This document shows positions 55,403 to 64,000 of a DNA stretch of 64,000 bases, piece by piece (the stretch's first letter is position 1; every line of letters starts with the position of its first letter). This DNA comes from Podarcis cretensis (lineage: Eukaryota), in the NCBI GenBank assembly GCA_951804945.1, contig OX638156.1, positions 35,340,001 through 35,404,000 of the forward strand, given 5' to 3'. The translations under genes and the position numbers were made by a program. The notes beneath the pieces are model-generated. The model was not told the DNA's origin and did no database searches. It worked only from the letters and a program-made list of their open reading frames with translations.

Positions 55403-57164
55403 TATGGATACCCTGGGTCAAATCTCACACCCATTCGTTGGTCTTAACTGAGTCATTGCTCTCTCACAGCCTTCAATCTGTAATACAGGGAATGAGAAGA
55501 TTGGCCTACCTTGCAAGGGTGGTGGTGAAGGATTAACTGGTTGTGCTCAAGAGGAAATTGAAGATGTTTTTATCTGCCCAGGCCATTGGATGGGGGTAGG
55601 CACTGGAGTTGTATGGTTTATTATTATTATTATTATTGTACACTGGATATTGTTGTCTTTTTATGTTGATAACTGACTGCCTTGGACATCTTTCAGAGAG
55701 GGAGATGGGATATAAATAAAACTGATAAATAAATAAACTACAGACATGTGAAAGTGCTGAAGGGATGTGAATGCCTAACCTTGGCTTCTGAGGGGTTGGC
55801 TTCTGTAACTCTTCCTCTATGGGCAGCCTTGAGACCCGATGAGTCCCTTGCAGCTTTTCAGGGTCCAATGGAGGGGCTCTCCTTGACTGCGCCAGGTGCT
55901 CTAAGGTGTGCACCCTGAGACAACAAATGTGGAAAGGCTTAAGGAAGGGGGCTTGGGCTATTCCTTTCAGTGGCGCTTGGAACAGAGGTCAAGGATGACG
56001 CTCTGCCCTTCCTGAAACAAACACGCAAGGAAGGTGTGGGTTACAAATCAACCAACTAAATAAATTGCCCTACATGCTGTCAATGTGTGATTCCTCCTCA
56101 GGTTCTTTATATGCTGATCTGCGGGCACCTGAAGGCCATCGAGGCCCAGCACCTTTCAGTGAGACAGGATTGTTTGCGTTCAAGCACCCTTGAAAAGTGT
56201 GAGACTGCTCCATGTGAATCAGACAACAACCAGGGTTTGCATGTAGTGTAGGTGAAAAATACTAGCTCTATACTGGAAAGAGATGCTCCTAAATGATGTG
56301 AATGTGTATATTTGTGCTTATATTACATTGGCCTGTGCCAACCTGGTGCCTGCCAGATGTATTGGGTGACAACGCCCAACAGCTCCAGCCAACAGGTGCT
56401 GGCTGGGGCTGATAGGAATTGTAGTCCAATACATCTGGTGGGAACCAGGTTGGCAACGGCTGTTCTATACGTAATATATTCTCCTAGCCAGGGTCGAGAA
56501 GCCAACAACTACACAGAGTACTGAGCAAATGACCACTGCTAGTCCTGCTCATTGTCCCATCATATCTTTTAACATCCCCCCCCCCCCGCATCTCCTTCTT
56601 CCTTCTGAGATTTCATTCAGTTTCCCAAGAGTCTCCCTTGGCAGCCCCAAATCCTAGAGGGCTTGCTTTACAGAAAGAGACAGCGCAAGGTTCTCAAGAG
56701 GTTGAACTGGACCCCAGGCAGCATATTCTGCTCCTGTAATTAAAGACGTACAAACACACACACACACATACACACATGCAGTCACAGTTATAGTGCATCA
56801 CAAGCAGCAGTCAGGTGTGGAAAACAGTTTGCAAAACCCAAATGCCAACACCTCAGCAAATGAGCTGGCCTGTGTGCTCCACCTTCTTGCTGCCACTGTC
56901 CTGACCACACAGGAGCCCCCACCCCCACATCAGTGTCACATTCATACACAACTACAGTGTTCAGGGGAGGGGGAGAGAGGAAACCTGTGAATCAGAAGAC
57001 AGAAATACGTCGGCAGTGCCATTTGCCTCCTTGGGGACATGTCCGTTACCCCAAGGGGAGAACTGGGAAGCTGGTCACCTCCTTGGGGGAGGGGAGAGAC
57101 CGTGAGCCAAGTGAGGTGTTGGTGGTGGTGCCGCCTCCGCTTCCGAAAGCTGCCTTGTCCTGCC

Positions 57165-57187
57165 GCTGCTGCTGCTGCTGCTGCTGC
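57165..57187 (-). repeat. (CAG)7 in the HPCA 3' UTR
   Basis: Read directly. Confidence 0.9.
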
Positions 57188-57211
57188 ACAGGGAAGACAG
57201 GGCGGGGGCGC

Positions 57212-58370
<1,159 letters not shown>

Positions 58371-61300
58371 TTAAGCAAGGAGTTCTCTCCCTTGAGCTCT
58401 ATTTTGCCTTTCCGGCAGATCAATAAAGAGAATGCCATGAGGGCTGGAGAAAGCGGCTCCTCTTAAAAGTGCATAGTCACAACCAGCCCCCAAGCCTCTG
58501 AAATTCTTGCCGGGGGTGGGGAGAGATATTTCCAGGGGAAAAGGCTGCCCTTTCCAGGCAGCTGAGCACTCCCAACACCTGAATTCGTATTTTAAGACAG
58601 GCCAATGTAGTTCCCTCCAACACCCATCATCTCTGACCATTGGACTTGCTAGCTGGGGGTGACAAGAGCTGTAGTCCAAAATATCTGCAGGGCGTCACAT
58701 TGGCTGCCCCTATGATAAGGTCTGCCAGAAACTCTACAAAAACCTTCCCAACCTTCCCAATGCAACACTAACACACACCGGCAGGCCCATCTCAGATCTT
58801 CAGGTTGTGCTAAGATTCCTGCCACGGGTCAGAAGAAAGCGTGTGAAATTCACCAGCCTCCTTGCGTGCCAGGCTAGCAGCACAGTGCAGATGGCAGGGA
58901 TTGATGGGGAAGGGCCCTCCAGAGCAGCCCGTGACCTCCCCAGCATTGTCTGGGCAAGCTGGGCGATGCTGGTAACTCAAGAGCTGCCAGCACCATCTGC
59001 TCAGCTCTGGGTTTCCTGGTTTTGCTCCGGAGCTTCCCACATCTAATGCATGTCTAATCCTCTCCCCACCCTAGTATCTCTTGCCCTAAGCCAGCTTTCC
59101 CCAACCTTGTGCCCGCCAGATGCTTAACAGCTGCCATAAGCCCCAGCCAGACCAAGGGTAGGGCAGGCTTCTCTAAGGAGTGGTGGAGGCCCCCTGGGTA
59201 AGAGTCAACGAGAAATGCCACTATGTTTGTGCAATCTCCAAGCGCTCGGAGGCCAAAAGGAAGAAAGGAGAGCAGACTTTATTAAATAAAAAAGCAGCAT
59301 TTACAAAATAATGTTCTTTTCTTTTCTTTTTTACCCAGGCATGCTGTTTCCCAGGAGGCTTTGTGCATTGCGTGGTTGGAGAAACTGGTAATTAATATTC
59401 TAAACATTGAGGACAGGATTCAATGGGGAGGAAAACAAACTGTAAGGACAGATGGGGAAGTGTCTCTGTCTCTCTGTCAGTCTTCCCACCACCCCCACCC
59501 TTCTGCATGGTTGCCCTGCATGGGGCAAGATCAGAGTCCAGGAGGGCAAACCCAGGCTAACAGCAGCAGCAGCGACCCTTAATGCCGACATGCAATACTC
59601 TCCTGCCACCAGGAGAGGGCAATATAAAACTAGGCAGGAAATTCAGTAAGAACACAGGCATTGCACCAGCATCCTGCAGCAGCTGGAGACAGATGCGTCC
59701 TGCAGCTTCCAAGGAGAACCTGGAGGTGATGTCCACTTTCCCCTGCTATCTCCTATACTACCTCTGCAGACAGCTGTTAACAGAAAGGCTATCCTCTGTG
59801 AATTTGCCAAACCCTTAGTCAGTCTAAGCGACTGACCAAACACCACTACCTTGTGGCTGTGAGTTCCATAAGCTGGCTGTGTGTTGTGTGAAGTCAAGTG
59901 ACTTGCTTTTGGAGCTCAGTGACCCTGAATTCTAGTATGAAGTGGTGGGGAGGAAATGTTCCCACCCTGGCACCCTCTGGATGTTGTGTGGGATTTCCAA
60001 TTCCCATCAGCCCCAGACAGCGTGGTCAACGTCCAGGGATGTTGGGAGCTGGAGTGCAGCAGCATCTGGAGGGAGGCAGACTTCCCAGGCCAGCTGCCAC
60101 CGAGATCAAGGTGTCTGGTCTGTGTTGCATTTCCATAACCTCATAAGATGCTTCCTGGGAAGTCCCTGCTGAGTTCTTTTTTCTAAGGAAGCTGCCTTGG
60201 CTACTCTTCCAAGCAACCTCAGGAAAAGTAGGGCACACACCCTCCTCCTCACCATGTTTCATTGCCCTGTGTGAGTACCTAGCAAATTCCACAAAAGCCC
60301 CTCCGGATAGACAGATCAGGGGCCAGGGCCAACCATGAAATGGCCATGATACTTCAAACCAAACCAAAATAAGTGAGGATTTCTGATCACTGATTATTTT
60401 GTGGCAATTATCATCACCATCACCACCATCATAATCATCATTGCAAGCCCTTGTCATTCCCATTTTACAGATAGGGAAGATAGGATGACCCTTCCAGTGA
60501 ATTCTCACATCTTGGATAAAGGTTTGAAATCCAGGATTCCAACACCAACTCCCTCACTGATGCCTCTGAGTTCACGGCAGCCATTTGCTACGAAGTCAGC
60601 CTCCCCCAACCTGGTGCTCTTGAACTGCTCTGGACTGCAACTCCCACCAGCCCCAGACGGTTGGATCCTTCACAGATCTGGGTTTTCAACCTGAAATGGG
60701 ATGTTGTTATTCTTTCTACCTCTCAAGAGGAATGGGTAAATGGGACCCTCGACTGATCTTGGAACACACCCAGCTTTAATCCACCTGCACAAAAAAGAAG
60801 CCACCCTCCCAGGTGCTCCAATTTCTCTCTGCCAAGGACACTTCAGAGCTCCAATTTATCCAAGACCCAGTTAAAAGATTCACGGCTGCCTCCAAGCAAT
60901 CTGGACTAGTTCTTGCTTTCTGTGGGGAACCCACCTGTTCTCTCCCAAAAAGCAGGTGCTTTAACCCGGATGGGATCAAAAACAACCATAATGTATGTCA
61001 GCGTGGAATAAAAAGGGATCCCCAAAGGCAAGTTCATTTACAAAGGGTTTCTGCTCCCTCCCCCACTCTGGCTGCCTAGAGGAACGTTCGAAGTAAATTG
61101 TGGTTTGAAAGACACAGAACCAGAACAACAGCAGCAGCAGGCTGAAGTCAAACCTGGTTCTCTTCTGGGTGTAAGACAGCATTCCTCAACCTGGTGCCCA
61201 GATGTTTTGAACCACAGCTCCCATCAGCCAGTGTGCTGCAGTCCAAAACATCTGGGAGGCATCAGTTTGTGAAAGACACCAGAGTTGGACCCACCGAACC

Positions 61301-64000
61301 TGCAGGCTCCACCGCCTGTTTTTACCAGGGCACAGCCCAGGAAGCTGCTGAGGACCAGGGCTGCTCTTTGGAGAGAGATCTAGGCTATGAACACATTCAT
61401 GGCTTAAAATGGAGTGAGGTTGCTTCCCCCCAATGCATACAAGCCCCATTTGCACATTGCTGTACACACCAGAGAAGGGGACAGGAGCATCTTTGCTCGA
61501 TGCGCATGACCCAATTTGTTTCCCCAAACCTGCAATCCTACCTGAACTCCTTTCCGAAAAACAGCTGTCTTAACAATGCACACCTCACCGTAAACCATGG
61601 TTTGTGTTTTCAAATCAGATGAAAGCTGGCTTGAGGAAAAACGTATTGAACAGGGATATTTCTCAAAAGACTACAGGATTGTGGCTAATGTCACACATGC
61701 TCAGCTTCCAACCCCTGTGGTGGGAGCGCACTGGAGCCAGAGTAAACAGTCTTGTGTACATAGCCCTTGGTATGCACTAATGTGTCACATGTGTATACTA
61801 ATGTCCCTGATGCAGTTTACTTTAACAAAGAAGAAGAAGAAGAGAAAAGAAGTTTTGGGAGGAGACAAAGTGGAGAAATGTGGGGGTGCATGGCACTTTT
61901 CTGGTTCACTATTTCCCTGCTCCAACCTGCCTCATCTGTCGGGGTTCGGGGTGTCTCTGCTCCCAGACTGTAGCTGTCCTAAACACACAAAAAGCCTCCA
62001 TTGCAACAGCCTTGGTGAAGGTGTTGTGAAATTCAGCCTCTCTCCTACTGAAGACCTTTCCAGCTGAGTTCCATTTAGGGTATTCCTGAGATGTCAGACG
62101 TAGCTTCATAGGGTCCCAAGAGGCCTCCAAATTTTAACCACCAAGGGATGGAGAAATGTGATGTTTCAGCACTTCTGACCCCTCTCTGCTCCTTCTCTGA
62201 ATAACATCTAGTTCTTATCTAGATGATGAGGTAAAAGCCAATATGAAACCAAAAGGCACCGAGGGGAATGGGGCAAAAGCGGGACAGGGTCCAAGCCTCA
62301 TGCCTGTGCCCACTGGCAAGTCCCTAGTTTCCTCAGTCTCAGTTCCATCTCCTGAAAAATGGGAAGAGGAATAATAGGAACAGTGATGATGAAGGTGATG
62401 CTGTGACACCTCTTAGGGAGGAGCTGTGAAGAGCTGAAATACAAATCCCACAAAGCCGTCTGAAAAATTGCTACCAAAATTATTAGGGATGGACTCTTCT
62501 ACAACTGTGCCCTGGGGCTCCTTTGAGAGGTCTGTAGCTTTGCATCTTGCAATATGGACCTAATTTCCCATCCAAATCACCGATGGGGGGGGGGGCTTCC
62601 TTTGACTTGCTGACACTGGTTGGGATTAAAGCCTCCATGTCTCATTTCATCTTGTTGTGGCACGGAAATGGAACAGCTGTTCCTGCCCTCCCCCCCCCTC
62701 TAGTGGGCAGTGAAGGGTGGGGTGAGCAGTTGCCAGAGTAGGAAGGCGCCCCGGGTGCCCCGGCACAGAGGGATCCATGAGGGGCAAGCCAGTCACACCC
62801 TTCACCCCAGCTAATCTGCTCCCTTTGCCGATTAAATTTCCATGAAAAGCAGCTCTCCCATCTCCTCTGTCGGGCGTATCCTCCTTTAAATCTGCAGCAG
62901 CGCTTAGAGAGTGACAGAGAGAGGGGGAGAGAAAGAGAATAAGGCACACAGAGAGAGTGTGGAAAAGAAGAAGGGAGGCAGACAGACATGAAGGAAAGGC
63001 CTGTCTACAAAACCGGAGAAAACCCCTGGGCTTCACTGACAGGTCATCCACTCACCCACACCTCCAAGGAATTACTCTGGGCCACTGCAAATACTGTTGA
63101 TAAACACAGCCTAAATACATATCTTAAAGCTTTGTGCGTTAATCAACTGAAGCATAGATTAAATCATCACTACTAACGGCACACACTCAAGATTAATTAC
63201 CCCATAAGACTGGATTTGCCCACTCCTTCAATTAGGACTGCAAGCTTTGATCAACTTAATCAGCACATTAACCAACTATGGCTTTGGTTGATTAAGCAGT
63301 GAGGGCCAGTTTTAATTAGGGGGAAATTCTGAAACTGTTGAGTTTTAGGGTCCAGTTATGCAGAACTATTTTGGTCCTCCTGCATTACATATCTTAGGGG
63401 TTGAAAAAGGCAATGTCAACACTTCCCTTCAAACAGTGAGTGGTAGGTGGGAAGAGAAAGGCTGCTTGAAATAAACCCAACCAAGATGAGAACTACATCA
63501 AATGCTGCAGTGAATTCTCAGCTCCTGTTCAAGCCTCCAGCCAACCCTAAAAATGAGCATTTCGTTGCTATATATTGGGGGATATAATGTTTCTGGAGAG
63601 TGGGGAGAGCACATCTGTTTTCCTTTCTTCTCACTTGACACCTCCCAATGTAGTGCAGGGGGAAGTTTTTTCTTTCCTCCACCTCATGACATGCATCTTC
63701 AAGCCCTTATTTCTGCCTCTAGTATACTATAAGCAATTGGGACTTCCATTGCCTATCTGAGACCCTGAGACTACAATTCCCAGACAAAATTCATCACTGA
63801 AAGAGCTCCCATGAGCCCATAGTTCCCACCATGGAGGAGTCTCCCTGTCATTTCTCTGCATGATTTGCTGCTTTGGTCTCACCTCCTTCTCAGAAGCCTG
63901 ATTTAAGACTGAGGATCTGCACTGGGTGCACCTGGATCATTCACTCATTTCTGGTGTCGAGACACCAGAATTGCCTTTTGCACCTCTGCATGGTCCACCC

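Noticed and set aside
61186-61527. ORF starting MGKQ, like the hippocalcin N-terminus
   Set aside because: Not an ATG start and not followed by NSKL or EF-hands; the true first coding exon is not in the window

Overview
Vertebrate nuclear DNA, most likely a squamate reptile (inferred from the repeat content: tRNA-derived SINEs with CR1-like tails, L2, hAT and Tc1/pogo MITEs). The window holds four spliced genes in the order known from human 1p35: AK2 (+, complete, 244 aa, with an AK2B-type alternative last exon), RNF19B (+, 9 exons, 796 aa), TMEM54 (+, 6 exons, 227 aa) and the last two coding exons of HPCA (-). All exon phases were checked by hand. The most unusual material is in RNF19B introns: (1) a 740-bp 5'-truncated Penelope-like element with a perfect 15-bp target-site duplication, a GIY-YIG C-terminal tail and a degenerate hammerhead-ribozyme fold, inserted into a decayed L2 LINE; (2) two inverted hAT MITEs whose outer ends share one 8-bp direct repeat, like a composite transposon; (3) a DIRS tyrosine-recombinase relic. 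AK2 also shows several RNA-processing oddities. I found no prokaryote-type system and no clearly novel protein family. No searches were run, so family assignments rest on motif recognition.
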